64,000 nt of DNA from an uncultured Holophagales bacterium (GTDB lineage: Bacteria > Acidobacteriota > Thermoanaerobaculia > Multivoradales > UBA5704). Shown piece after piece: positions 40,452 through 50,192 of this stretch. The notes beneath the pieces are model-generated. The model saw only the letters and a program-made list of their open reading frames with translations. It was not told the DNA's origin and searched no databases. A program made the position numbers and the translations under genes. Position 1 is the stretch's first letter; each line of letters opens with the position of its first letter. The stretch is taken from assembly GCA_963842525.1 (NCBI GenBank), contig CAWJGT010000003.1, positions 320,001 through 384,000 on the forward strand. The letters are read 5' to 3'.

Positions 40452-42487
40452 GTGCGCCAAGACAAGCTTGGCGCTTCTTGCAGGGTGTAAGTCCCTGCCG
40501 GGTAAGGTCTAACCAACCACCCGTACCGAGTGTTGCAGATCTGGCGGAGGAGAGTCGACGTCGACGAACCGAACAAGAGGTCTGGAGCGTACACAGGGAA
40601 CCATGTAGGCCGTAAGGGAGACCGCACCTCCCCCAGGTCTGGTACAGCCCCGAAAGCGCCGATTACAGATGCAGGCGGCGATCGTTTACGTTTGCGAGAA
40701 GCCCACGCGAAGGAATCGCTTTGGTGAGATTCTGGAAGCCTGCCGGGGTCATCAGGACATGGCATGCATGGAGAGGAGCGTCGAAGAACTTGGGAGACCC
40801 CATTGATTCCTGCACTCTTAGAGAGGCAATCTGCAAGGCGCGAGGCTGGCTAGGCACAGAAGGGGAAACCCGGACCCAGAGAGAATGCCTGGCGCCTAAA
40901 CGGAGGATCGACGAGAGATGACAGGTAGGCGACCTGAACCGAAAAGGCAAGGGAGACTGAAGATCATTGGGGAGTCGGATCAGCCCATAGTACTCCGAGA
41001 ACGGGAGAGCCGTTCACATGGGGAAGGAGCTGACGGGAACCCGTAGCCCGCAAAGGAAACATGACCCAGATGCGACAGGCTGGACAACTCATGCCAACCT
41101 CCCTGCGGGGAATAGCGAACAAGGCAAGCTCTGACAAGAACCACCGTTTCGGCAATCTCTTTGGTCTGCTGACCATGACGTTCCTTCTGTCCTGCTGGGA
41201 GCGAGTCAACAAGAAAGCTGCCAGCGGCGTGGATCGGGTTTCGGCCCGGGCTTACGCGAAGGATCTGGCGGGAAACGTAAGAGACCTTTGGGAGCGTGTG
41301 AAGCGGGGTAGTTACCGGGCGAAGCTGGTCCGGCGACGTCACATTCCGAAGGAAGGGAGTACAGCGACTCGGCCACTGGGGATCCCGGCGGTGGAGGACA
41401 AGCTGCTCCAGATCGCAGTCTCCCGCATTCTCAATGCCATCTACGAGCCGATCTTTCTGCCGTGCAGTTGGGCATACAGGCTCGGCCGTAATGCGCGGGA
41501 AGCAGTGCGGACGCTGAAACAGGAGCTTCAGTTTGGTTGCTACGGTTACGTTGTGGAGATTGACATCAAGGGGTTCTTCGACCGGATCGACCATGAGAAG
41601 CTCATGGAGATGCTCGAGCTGAGAATCAACGATCGGCCGTTCCTGCGGCTGATCTGGAAATGGCTCAAGGCGGGAGTATTGGAAGAGGGTGGGAAGGTGA
41701 TCCACCCGGACACGGGCTGTCCGCAAGGTAGTGGGATATCACCCGTGCTTGCCAATATCTACCTTCACTACGTTCTGGACCTTTGGTTCACGGAGGTGGT
41801 GAAGCCCCGGTGTAAAGCGCGGGCCTTCATGTGCCGGTTTGCGGACGATGTGGTGTTCGCCTTCCAGTGGCATGAGGAGGCCGAGCGGTTCTTCCGGGTC
41901 CTGCCGAAACGGCTGGCGAAGTACGGGTTGGAGCTTTCGGCGGAGAAGAGCCGGATGGTGCGGTTCAGCCGGTTCCAACTGGGCAAGAGCTCGGAGAGGT
42001 TCGACTTCCTCGGGTTCGAGTTCCGCTGGGTGAAGGACCACAAGGGAGTGGCCCGGGTGACGTGCCGGACATCGCGCAAGCGGCTTCGGGCGTCGTTGAC
42101 CAGGGTGACCGAGTGGATCAAGGCCGAGCGGCACCTGCCGGTACGCCAGTTGGTGGGGGCGTTGAACGCGAGGCTTCGTGGGCACTATAATTACTACGGG
42201 GTGATCGGCAACTACGCAAGCCTATGCTCATACTTCAATCAAGCGAAACGGCTGCTGATGAAGTGGTTGGGGAGGCGGAGTCAAAAGAGCCGGATGAGCT
42301 GGGTGAAGTTCAGCGCCCTGCTGAAGCGATTTCCACTGGAGGAACCCTGGATCGCGGAGAGTCGGCATCGGCAGATGGTTCTTGTCTGAGTTGCTGAGTG
42401 CGGAAGCGAGGGTAACCGAAGAGCCCGGTGCGGAAAAACCGCACGCCGGGATCTGTGCGGGGGGCGCTTCGGCGTCCCTACCGCGAC
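40452..42487 (+). mobile_element. Group II intron (about 2.0 kb)
   Basis: 5' GTGCG; domain V gagcccggtgcggaaaaaccgcacgccgggatc; domain VI ending ctaccgcgAC. Confidence 0.9.
41061..42389 (+). CDS. ltrA: Group II intron reverse transcriptase/maturase, no endonuclease domain
   Basis: RPLGIP, DIKGFFD, GCPQG, RFADD, FDFLGF, LRGHYNYY. Confidence 0.93.
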   Translation: MTQMRQAGQLMPTSLRGIANKASSDKNHRFGNLFGLLTMTFLLSCWERVNKKAASGVDRVSARAYAKDLAGNVRDLWERVKRGSYRAKLVRRRHIPKEGSTATRPLGIPAVEDKLLQIAVSRILNAIYEPIFLPCSWAYRLGRNAREAVRTLKQELQFGCYGYVVEIDIKGFFDRIDHEKLMEMLELRINDRPFLRLIWKWLKAGVLEEGGKVIHPDTGCPQGSGISPVLANIYLHYVLDLWFTEVVKPRCKARAFMCRFADDVVFAFQWHEEAERFFRVLPKRLAKYGLELSAEKSRMVRFSRFQLGKSSERFDFLGFEFRWVKDHKGVARVTCRTSRKRLRASLTRVTEWIKAERHLPVRQLVGALNARLRGHYNYYGVIGNYASLCSYFNQAKRLLMKWLGRRSQKSRMSWVKFSALLKRFPLEEPWIAESRHRQMVLV

Positions 42488-42722
42488 TGAGAGCACGAGA
42501 TGGATCCCCGAGGTTCTATTCAACACGGCTAAAGCAATCCTTCGGGAAGCTCAGCGGGCGCTGGATGCTCCGCGGCCAGAACATGTGATGTGGGACAGCA
42601 CCAGCCCGCCGGCACCAGTCGCTCGACCAATTCGGCCTACAACTCGTCTGCTCCGCTATGCTCTCCAGGCCAAGCTGCCTGTTGCGGAGGACCTCTACCT
42701 GGAGCTGTGGTAGACTCTGGTT

Positions 42723-43034
42723 ATGGTCGAGGTTCTCGTCCGAATCAAGCGTGCGGTCCTTTCAGGGCATTATGCCTTCAGCGAGAAGGCGCGAATTGAG
42801 ATGGAGGTCGACGGCCTCACTGACCTCGATGTCGCTGAATCCATCCTCAACGCAGTCGCCATCTACAAACGCCTGCGGTCGCGAAGTCCCCTTCATCGTG
42901 GCCAATTAGAGTACCTCTACGTGATCCAGTCCACAAACCTCGAAGGTATGATGATATACTCGAAGGGCAAGCTCGTTCGCGAGCATGGCGAAGATCATTT
43001 CTACTTCCTAATTTCCTCGAAGAGAGCTCTATGA
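42723..43034 (+). CDS. Putative toxin (DUF4258-like)
   Basis: YAFSEKARIEM..YFLISSK; overlaps the downstream Zn-finger gene. Confidence 0.6.
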   Translation: MVEVLVRIKRAVLSGHYAFSEKARIEMEVDGLTDLDVAESILNAVAIYKRLRSRSPLHRGQLEYLYVIQSTNLEGMMIYSKGKLVREHGEDHFYFLISSKRAL

Positions 43035-43312
43035 GAACACCGCTGAGTAACGAAGGATTTTCAGTTTCCGTATGCCCGACGTGCGGTAGCTCGGCTATTC
43101 GGAAGATTTCTGGAAGCTGGTCCGGAAACTATAAAGGCGAGACCTATAGCGTGAAGGCGCTAGAGTATTACGCCTGCCCAAATTGTGACGAGAAGGTCTA
43201 TCCGCCTGAGGCGATGCGACGGATTCAACACGCTTCTCCAGCTTACCGGAAATCGGCTGCTCGGCGAGCAGCGCGGAGGGCGCCCAACCCGGGGCCTCAA
43301 GCGGACGCCTGA
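43031..43312 (+). CDS. YgiT/MqsA-type zinc-finger protein (putative antitoxin)
   Basis: CPTCG ... CPNCDEKVY. Confidence 0.75.
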   Translation: MRTPLSNEGFSVSVCPTCGSSAIRKISGSWSGNYKGETYSVKALEYYACPNCDEKVYPPEAMRRIQHASPAYRKSAARRAARRAPNPGPQADA

Positions 43313-43342
43313 CGGCGCCGCTTATGCCCGATCCCGTTGTGC
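43282..43342 (+). other. attC site 3
   Basis: GCCCAAC..aagcggacgcc-tgac-ggcgccgctt..GTTGTGC. Confidence 0.85.
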
Positions 43343-43541
43343 GCCAAGGTCAGGATTGCACTGGGGACGAGTGGCCCCGTCGTCCCGACACCCTGTTCCG
43401 GCACCGGCATGTGGTTACGGCACCCCCGAGAATGACCGGCTACCCGACAAGGGGCGCCGAAATTCCGGTGGTGATGTCCTCGATGGCCCTCGATGGCCCA
43501 AGGGCTTGCCAAGCTCTCCTTCAGTGGCGTATAGTCAGGTC

Positions 43542-43860
43542 GTGTGGTTCGTAGAGACCTCTGTCTTTTCTGGCCAGCTCTATGAGCAACTCCCTGATGA
43601 CGACTACCGCTCTCTTCAACTGGCTCTTACTTTGCGGCCCGAGCAAGGAAAGCTGATCCCAGGCAGTGGCGGGTCTTCGCAAGATTCGTTGGGCTCTTCG
43701 TGGCAAAGGGAAGCGGGGTGGCCTCCGATTGATCTACTACTGGGATGCGGGCGAGGATGTGATCTACTTCCTCTACCTTTATCCGAAGAACCAGCAGGCG
43801 AACCTCAGGCCCAATCAGCTCAAGCAACTGAAGAAGGTCATCGAGGAGGATTTAAAGTGA
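43542..43860 (+). CDS. RelE/HigB-like toxin (frameshift near 43670)
   Basis: FVETSVF..PEQGKLIPGSG + LRKIRW..GKRGGLRLIYY; TTGCCA-N18-TATAGT promoter just upstream of GTG. Confidence 0.8.
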
Positions 43861-44195
43861 AGGACTCTGATTTTCAGCAGATGCTTGCCAGTGTCAAGGA
43901 GGCAGGACGTATCAAGCGCGGGGAACAGAAGCCTGCGCGTAAGTTCGAGGTAAGAGCGGAAGACGTGAAGGCAATTAGAGCTATGCTCAACAAGTCGCAG
44001 TCTGAGTTTGCTCTTATGATCGGTGTGAGCGTATCTACTCTCCAGAATTGGGAACAAGGGCGGCGACAGCCGGAGGGTCCAGCGCGAGCCCTCCTGAAGG
44101 TGGCTTCCGTGAATCCGCGAGCTGTTGCATCCGCACTGGATCCGAGCCAGGCGCCCAACCCGGGGCCTGCAGCGGACGCCTTGCGGCGGCGCTGA
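43857..44195 (+). CDS. HigA/NadS-like HTH antitoxin
   Basis: SQSEFALMIGVSVSTLQNWEQGRRQPEGPARALL. Confidence 0.88.
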   Translation: MKDSDFQQMLASVKEAGRIKRGEQKPARKFEVRAEDVKAIRAMLNKSQSEFALMIGVSVSTLQNWEQGRRQPEGPARALLKVASVNPRAVASALDPSQAPNPGPAADALRRR

Positions 44196-44214
44196 GGCCC
44201 ATCGCCCGTTAGGC
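44153..44214 (+). other. attC site 4
   Basis: GCCCAAC..cagcggacgcc-ttgc-ggcggcgctg..GTTAGGC. Confidence 0.85.
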
Positions 44215-44235
44215 CTCACGACGACGGTAACTACT

Positions 44236-44724
44236 ATGGCGCTTGAGTACAGAGCAGCCCTCCCGGACGATGTGGCCGAGTGCCTCGATGTGCGCGGCAG
44301 AACGCGCGAGAACGCGATCTCTGCGGAGGGTCTCAGGGCCAGGGGCATCACCCTGCAGTCTTGGGCCGAAGACATTCGCCAGGGCGCTCTCCCAGGCCAT
44401 GTGTGTCTTGCGGACGGCAAGATCATTGGGTTCTGCTTTGGAGTCAGAGAGTCTGGGGAAGTCGCTGTGCTGGCACTCCTACCGGTGTTCGAGAATCAAG
44501 GCATCGGCAGGTCTCTCCTGAATCGAGTAGTTCAGGAGCTCAGGACGTTCGGATTCAACAGGTTGTTCCTTGGCTGCTCTGCAGACCCTTCGATGCGATC
44601 GTACGGCTTCTATCGTCATCTCGGCTGGCGCTCCACCGGCACGTTTGACGCTGCGGGGGACGAGGTTCTTGAATACTTCCTCGAGGAGCACGGGCCGCAG
44701 GTTTATCGTGCCGGAGTTGCGTAA
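44236..44724 (+). CDS. Cassette gene: GNAT acetyltransferase
   Basis: ENQGIGRSLL, GFYRHLGW. Confidence 0.88.
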   Translation: MALEYRAALPDDVAECLDVRGRTRENAISAEGLRARGITLQSWAEDIRQGALPGHVCLADGKIIGFCFGVRESGEVAVLALLPVFENQGIGRSLLNRVVQELRTFGFNRLFLGCSADPSMRSYGFYRHLGWRSTGTFDAAGDEVLEYFLEEHGPQVYRAGVA

Positions 44725-44757
44725 AGCTGGGGCAGTCCGGTGAGGCCTATTCGAGCT

Positions 44758-45243
44758 ATGAAGCTTCTAGGTGTCCTGATCCGGGCAGTGACGTACTCAA
44801 CGCTTTTCATTGGTGTACTGCTCATCTACTTGCCAGCGCAAGCGCTGTCTTGGGCTGGCGTCGCCAGGCCTGCCCGGCTCGGGCTTCCAGAGATCCTTGG
44901 AGGTATGGTCAGCGCCAGTGGGGCGGCGCTCGCCGTGTGGTGCATCCTGAGCTTCGCCTTGATCGGCCGTGGGACTCCGGCGCCCTTTGACCCACCGCGT
45001 CGTCTCGTGGTGCGGGGACCTTACCGGTACGTGCGAAATCCGATGTATTTGGGCGCCGGCCTGGCGCTCGCCGGTGCCGCGTTGTTCTACAGGTCGAGCG
45101 TGCTCCTCGCGTATGCCGGATTGTTCCTTCTGCTCATGCACCTGGCTGTAGTGTTGTATGAGGAACCAACTCTCCGGCAGACCTTCGGCGAGGACTACGA
45201 AGCGTACTGCAAGCGGGTTCGCCGATGGTGGCCTACGCTGTGA
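44758..45243 (+). CDS. Isoprenylcysteine carboxyl methyltransferase (ICMT/PEMT) family membrane protein
   Basis: LVVRGPYRYVRNPMY, EEPTL..FGEDYEAY. Confidence 0.88.
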   Translation: MKLLGVLIRAVTYSTLFIGVLLIYLPAQALSWAGVARPARLGLPEILGGMVSASGAALAVWCILSFALIGRGTPAPFDPPRRLVVRGPYRYVRNPMYLGAGLALAGAALFYRSSVLLAYAGLFLLLMHLAVVLYEEPTLRQTFGEDYEAYCKRVRRWWPTL

Positions 45244-45457
45244 TGAAGGTTTGAAGGGGTGTCTGGAGAGTCCTGCGCGAGCCCTGGCCCCTCACCCCCG
45301 GCCCCTCTCCCATCCGCACTCCCTTCCCCCGGGAGAGGGGGGAAATACACGATCAGGAAGGTGTGAGTGCTGATGGGAGAGGGGCCCGGGGTGAGGGCTT
45401 TCCTGGGACCGCCTCAACCTTTCCAGACACTCTCTGAGAGGCTCGTGCTGACTGACC

Positions 45458-47140
45458 CTACGGCACGATCCAGTCGCCGACCGCCTCCACCCCTCCCGGC
45501 GCTCCCGGGGCGAGGCGAACGAGATAGCAGCCTTTGGAGGCAAAGCGCTGGCCGGGGCCGAGGCTCAGGCGGGGGTAGACGCCGGGATTCGGCATTCTTT
45601 CGGTTTCTCGCTCGACGGATTCGAGGAAGAGATCGCGGGAGAAGCGGTCCGCCAGGTGCATGAGGGCCGTGTCGGCCAGGGAGAGGGCGAGCCAGGTGTC
45701 GAGTTGGAGGCGCTCCGGTCCTGGCTTGAGGCCGCGCGCCCGCAGCCAGGCCCTGACCCGGTAGGCGTGCGGCCCCTCCTTCCCCGGGAGGCTCCAGCGC
45801 CAAGTCAGGAGGGCCTGTTCGCGCCACATTGCGGGCAGGCGGGACAGGTCGCCGACGAGAGTGGAGGAGAGATAGAGCCGCGGGTGCGGGCCGGGCGTGG
45901 CCGGCAGGCTGGCCAGGTCTTGGCCGGAGAGCCAGAGGACGAGCGCGGTTGGTCGTTTCTTCCCGAGCAGGTCGGTCCAGAAGGCCGGGCCCGGTGCGAA
46001 GACCCGGTCTTCGAGGTGCGCCGTCCCGGCGAGGGATTGGCGGAGAGCCCGGGCCGCAGCTTTCCCGGCCTCGTCGCGGTAGACCTGGACGATCTTGCCC
46101 TTGCTATCCCGCAGGTGCTGCGCCACGGTCGCGGCCTCGACGGCGAGGCCGGGGGAGAGGTAGACCGTCCAATCCCCGGGCGGCACGGTCACGGGCAGGT
46201 CGGTCGTGGGGAAGAGGCACGGCACGGCGGCCTGCTCACAGAAGGTATGGACCGGCTTCCAGTCCCCCTCTCCCAGCCCGCCGAGCATGGCGAAGACGGG
46301 CTGTTCCCGATAGCGTGCCGTGAGCTGGGCGGTCCAGGTGGATGCCGGTCCCGTGAGCTCCCAGAGGTGGAGCTCCCAACGACGGTAACCTCCGGCGAAG
46401 GCCTCCTCTTCGCCTGCCGGCGGCCAGGGGCGCTGGAGACGCCGCTCGACGTCGGCGCTTTTCCAGCGGACGTAGGCCTCCATGACGTCGAGCATGGCCC
46501 GGCGATGGCCCGAGTCGGCTCCTGCCGTGACTACTGTTGCGAAGTGGATGGTGGTCTCATCCACCCCTGGATCAGGAGCGGCGGAGAGGGCCTTCAGGTA
46601 GGCGATGAGGTGCCCCATCGCCTCCGGGCCCAGCCGGTAGCGCGGCATCAGGGGATCGAGCTCGTGCCCCTCGCGCAGAGTCGCGGCCAGGGTCGCGTCC
46701 GTGTAGGGAGGACGGGTCCGTGGGCCCCGGACGGTCGCCCAGGAGCGAGCAGAAAGGTTTTCCTGGAACAGCTTGCGGAACAGGTCGGCCCGCTGTGCAG
46801 GATCGCTTCCGAACAGTGCGGGCGCGGTGATCGGCGGTACGACCGTGGTGCCCTCGACGCTGCCGTAGCCGCTCCGGCGATGGCAGGAGGCGCAGCTTGC
46901 GGCGGCGCCTTCGAGCGGGATGCCACCCTGGACGATGCCGCGCAGCGGCTGTCCCGAGGGGAGGATGCCGTCGCGGTAGAGGCGCCGGCCGGCCTCACCC
47001 CGGGATTGAAATCCCGGGCTAATTCCTGCCACCCCTGCGGGTTTGGATTCGAGAGCCCGGAGGGCGCCATTCGGTAGCCCAGGGTGTAAACCCTGGGCGA
47101 GCAGGAAAATCAGCAGCAGTGTGGCGATACGAACGGTCAC
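45458..47140 (-). CDS. c-type cytochrome fused to a periplasmic-binding-protein-like domain
   Basis: CASCH heme motif, LMPRY; GTGA overlap with the SCO stop. Confidence 0.75.
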   Translation of the reverse strand: MTVRIATLLLIFLLAQGLHPGLPNGALRALESKPAGVAGISPGFQSRGEAGRRLYRDGILPSGQPLRGIVQGGIPLEGAAASCASCHRRSGYGSVEGTTVVPPITAPALFGSDPAQRADLFRKLFQENLSARSWATVRGPRTRPPYTDATLAATLREGHELDPLMPRYRLGPEAMGHLIAYLKALSAAPDPGVDETTIHFATVVTAGADSGHRRAMLDVMEAYVRWKSADVERRLQRPWPPAGEEEAFAGGYRRWELHLWELTGPASTWTAQLTARYREQPVFAMLGGLGEGDWKPVHTFCEQAAVPCLFPTTDLPVTVPPGDWTVYLSPGLAVEAATVAQHLRDSKGKIVQVYRDEAGKAAARALRQSLAGTAHLEDRVFAPGPAFWTDLLGKKRPTALVLWLSGQDLASLPATPGPHPRLYLSSTLVGDLSRLPAMWREQALLTWRWSLPGKEGPHAYRVRAWLRARGLKPGPERLQLDTWLALSLADTALMHLADRFSRDLFLESVERETERMPNPGVYPRLSLGPGQRFASKGCYLVRLAPGAPGGVEAVGDWIVP

Positions 47141-47724
47141 GGGGCCAGGATACGCCGGACCTCGGCATCCAGCTCGGCTGCGCTTGGGAAGCCGGTGAGC
47201 TGTACCCAGGGCTCTCGCGGCGCGGCGCGCAGGAAGGTGAGCGGCTCGTGCCGCATCTTGTCGCCCCGGAAGGCGCCGAAGGCTTTCTGAACAGTCACGA
47301 CGTCGTCGATCCTGCCGGTCAGGAAGCGCCAATGGCCTCCGGCGCGCCCGGCATGGAAGCGTGCGGCGTACTCCCGCAGGCGGGCCGGCGTGTCCTCTTC
47401 CGGATCGATCGAGATCGAGACCAGGCGGACGCCCGGCCATTTTTCCTGGGACGCCGCGAGCGTGCCGGTGAGCACCGGGCAGACGGTCGAGCAGGTGGTG
47501 AAGATGAATTGCAGGACGACCGGGCCTTCCCGGTCGAGCTCCGCGGCGAGCGGGACCGGCGCGCCGTCCAGGTCCACCAGCGTGACGTCGGGGATCCGGG
47601 TTTCGATCACCGAGCGGCTGTAGCGCGCGGGGTCCGCGACCGGCGCGTGGTGGTTGTGCTCTTGCGCAGCTCCCCCCGCAGCCAGGGCGCTGAGGAGGAC
47701 GGCGAGAGGAGCGGCAAGGGCCAT
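47137..47724 (-). CDS. SCO1/SenC family copper chaperone
   Basis: FIFTTCSTVCP, ISIDPEEDTP, WRFLTG, conserved His. Confidence 0.9.
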   Translation of the reverse strand: MALAAPLAVLLSALAAGGAAQEHNHHAPVADPARYSRSVIETRIPDVTLVDLDGAPVPLAAELDREGPVVLQFIFTTCSTVCPVLTGTLAASQEKWPGVRLVSISIDPEEDTPARLREYAARFHAGRAGGHWRFLTGRIDDVVTVQKAFGAFRGDKMRHEPLTFLRAAPREPWVQLTGFPSAAELDAEVRRILAP

Positions 47725-49454
47725 CAGTGCACCGAGAAAATGGCCACGTCGTGGTGCATCGGATCGAATTGGTAGAACCGCAGCCGGCGCGACGGGTCGT
47801 AGTTGAACTGCATCCGCACCTTCTGCAGACCAGGAGGCCCATAGGGGCTCGCGGCCGGCACCGTTACCGGGGTCTTCAGGTTGGCCCACCAGTAGTTGCG
47901 GCCGAAGGTGAACCAGCAGCCGGAGCCGCCGTATTTGACCGACGATTTGAACTGGTTTTCCCAACCCCGGTTGCCGCCGAAATCCACGCTCTGATAGCCG
48001 TGGTCGAAGTAGTCGCCGTTGTAAAGGGTCGCCTTCATCCAGGTCCCGCGGGTCTGCCAGTTGGGAAACTGGGTGAGGGTGCCGGCGGTGAGCTCGCCGT
48101 AGATCGTGTTGTTGACGTAGAGCAGGGTGATGTCCGAGTCGGGGTCGGGCGTCACGCCGGTCGGGAGCTGGGTGCGGTCCTTCCAGTCGAGGAACGCCTC
48201 GCGTCCTTCCGCGAGCAGGGCGCGGACGCGCTTCCAGTCCCCCTTATCGGCCGCCGGGCGCGCCTCGCGGAACGCCTTCCACATCCGTTTGGAGGGAGCG
48301 AGGTCGCCGATCTTGGCGATGGCCGCCAGCTTCGCCTGCTCGCTGGAGGTCGGCGCCGGCCCGAAGACCGAAGCCTCGATCTGCGGCAGGGTCATGCCGT
48401 TGATCGTCTTGCTCGCGTCCTCCATCACCTGGGCGCGCGGCGGATGGACGCGCCAGCCCCAGGTGTAGACCAGGCTGTAGTACCTGCCGGGGGCCATCTT
48501 GACCTTGAGGAGGGTCCGCGTCCCGTCCTCCAAGGGGAAGAAGCTCTGGTCCATGCCGGCGAGCGGTGGGGACCCTTTGCCCTGCTGGATCTCGGAGGAC
48601 GGATCGGCCGTGGCGGACTTCGGGACGTCGAAGTACATGACGTAGGGCGAGAAGTCGTCCTCGCCGCGGTTGAGCACGTCGAGCGTGTAGGTGACGGTCC
48701 AGGGCACGTCGGGCACCTGGCTCACGTCGAGGAAGGCGGTGTCGGCCTCGATGCGGCCGTCGTACCAGATCTGGTGGACGTCCACGTTGCCGCCGATCAC
48801 CTTGCCACCCTGGTCCACGATGGGGACCACCGTCTTCACTTTTTCCGGCCCGGTGTAGTGGAGCAGCGGGAAACCGCTGTAGGCGCGGTTGCGGACCGGG
48901 TTCCCTTCCAGGATGTCGACCCCGAGATCGAGAAGCCGGCGCACGGCGGTCTCGTCATAGGGGTCGCGCGGGGCGCGGTCGAGGATCTGCGGCACCGTGG
49001 TGAAGATGCGCTGCAGGTCGTCCGTGGGCGATGTCGGGTTGATATCGCTCACCACCGGGTTGCCGTCGTGCAGGTTGTAGGGCACGGTGGGCGTCGAGGG
49101 CAGGGTGTTCGGGACCTCGGCGCCGCTGCTGTCGAAGAGGTTGGTGTAGACCGTGGGCAGGAGGTTCGTGCCCGGCGGGTCCAGGAACGGCCGGCTCGGT
49201 GCGAAGCAGCTCGCGCAGGTGATGACGGTCGTCGTGTCCCCCTGCGTGCTCTGGCAGGACGCCATGGGCAGGGGCTGCGGGTGGGGATGGTTGGGCTCCG
49301 GGCACGGCTTGGGGTCCAGGCACCCCGGAGGTGGTTGCACGCAATTCGTGCTCTGCGGCACGCTCACGGCCGCAACGAGCGCCAACGCTACACAGAGGCC
49401 TGCAATTTTCCAGCGGCTGGACCGGGGGGGACAGAAGGGGGCGAGGTCCTTCAT
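47724..49454 (-). CDS. Secreted hypothetical protein (about 576 aa, Cys-rich N-terminus)
   Basis: Signal-like segment; coupled to both neighbours; ends DPMHHDVAIFSVH. Confidence 0.75.
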   Translation of the reverse strand: MKDLAPFCPPRSSRWKIAGLCVALALVAAVSVPQSTNCVQPPPGCLDPKPCPEPNHPHPQPLPMASCQSTQGDTTTVITCASCFAPSRPFLDPPGTNLLPTVYTNLFDSSGAEVPNTLPSTPTVPYNLHDGNPVVSDINPTSPTDDLQRIFTTVPQILDRAPRDPYDETAVRRLLDLGVDILEGNPVRNRAYSGFPLLHYTGPEKVKTVVPIVDQGGKVIGGNVDVHQIWYDGRIEADTAFLDVSQVPDVPWTVTYTLDVLNRGEDDFSPYVMYFDVPKSATADPSSEIQQGKGSPPLAGMDQSFFPLEDGTRTLLKVKMAPGRYYSLVYTWGWRVHPPRAQVMEDASKTINGMTLPQIEASVFGPAPTSSEQAKLAAIAKIGDLAPSKRMWKAFREARPAADKGDWKRVRALLAEGREAFLDWKDRTQLPTGVTPDPDSDITLLYVNNTIYGELTAGTLTQFPNWQTRGTWMKATLYNGDYFDHGYQSVDFGGNRGWENQFKSSVKYGGSGCWFTFGRNYWWANLKTPVTVPAASPYGPPGLQKVRMQFNYDPSRRLRFYQFDPMHHDVAIFSVH

Positions 49455-50191
49455 GACCGCTCCTCCCTCTTGGTCCACCACGCCTGTTCGGTCAGGGGCA
49501 CCGGCCCGCGTCGGCGCGGCAGTCCGGAAGCCGGCTGCCGCGCCTGCACCCAGGAGAGGCGGGCGGCGATCCACTGCGGATCGGCCTTGGCCGGGACGGA
49601 GCCCCAGAGCCCCGCGGCTGCGTTGCCGTACCGCATCAGCCCCCGCGAGCAGTCCTCGACCGGAGCGCCGGCGTGCTGGTGGGTGGTGTCATGCACGAAG
49701 AGCCGCGCGCGGAGAAGCTCGACGGCGGCGGGCTCGCCGGTGAGGAAGAGCCAGCCCGGACCGGCGCCGTGCCGTGCAGCGAGGTCCTGGAGGACACGGG
49801 GCGTGTCGCTCTCCGGGTCGACGGTGATCGAGTAGAGGAAGACGTCGCGCCCCAGCCGGTCCCCCAGCAGCGGCTGCAGGCTTTGATAGGCCTTCGCCAC
49901 GTTGGCGATCACGGGGTAGACCGCGTCGTTCGCGATCGAGAAGAAATGGAGAAGCACCGTCCGATCGCGGATCAGGTCGTCCCAGAACCGCGCCCGGCGG
50001 CCGTCATGGGCCTGAATGATCACGTTGGGGAAGTGCTCCGGAGACAGTGCGCAGGAGGGCCCCTCCGGATCGCTGGGCTTCACAACCGCTGGCGCGGCCA
50101 GGGAGATCCCGGGCAGAGCGGCTGCTGCGGCGCCTGCCGCGAGGCCTGCGAGGACCGTCCTCCGGTCTTTCATCTCGGGCATGTCGGGCAT
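49451..50191 (-). CDS. SCO-family protein lacking CxxxC, with Tat signal
   Basis: RRTVL twin-Arg; SITVDPESDTP, WLFLTG; CxxxC position reads SIANDAVYP. Confidence 0.8.
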   Translation of the reverse strand: MPDMPEMKDRRTVLAGLAAGAAAAALPGISLAAPAVVKPSDPEGPSCALSPEHFPNVIIQAHDGRRARFWDDLIRDRTVLLHFFSIANDAVYPVIANVAKAYQSLQPLLGDRLGRDVFLYSITVDPESDTPRVLQDLAARHGAGPGWLFLTGEPAAVELLRARLFVHDTTHQHAGAPVEDCSRGLMRYGNAAAGLWGSVPAKADPQWIAARLSWVQARQPASGLPRRRGPVPLTEQAWWTKREERS

Positions 50192-50192
50192 C

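Noticed and set aside
41061-42389. Retron, DGR or defence reverse transcriptase
   Set aside because: Has a maturase domain and flanking group II intron ends and domains V/VI; no template/variable repeat pair seen
42490-42700. Additional attC/cassette after the intron
   Set aside because: ATTCAAC is present near 42518 but I could not find a matching stem and GTT box
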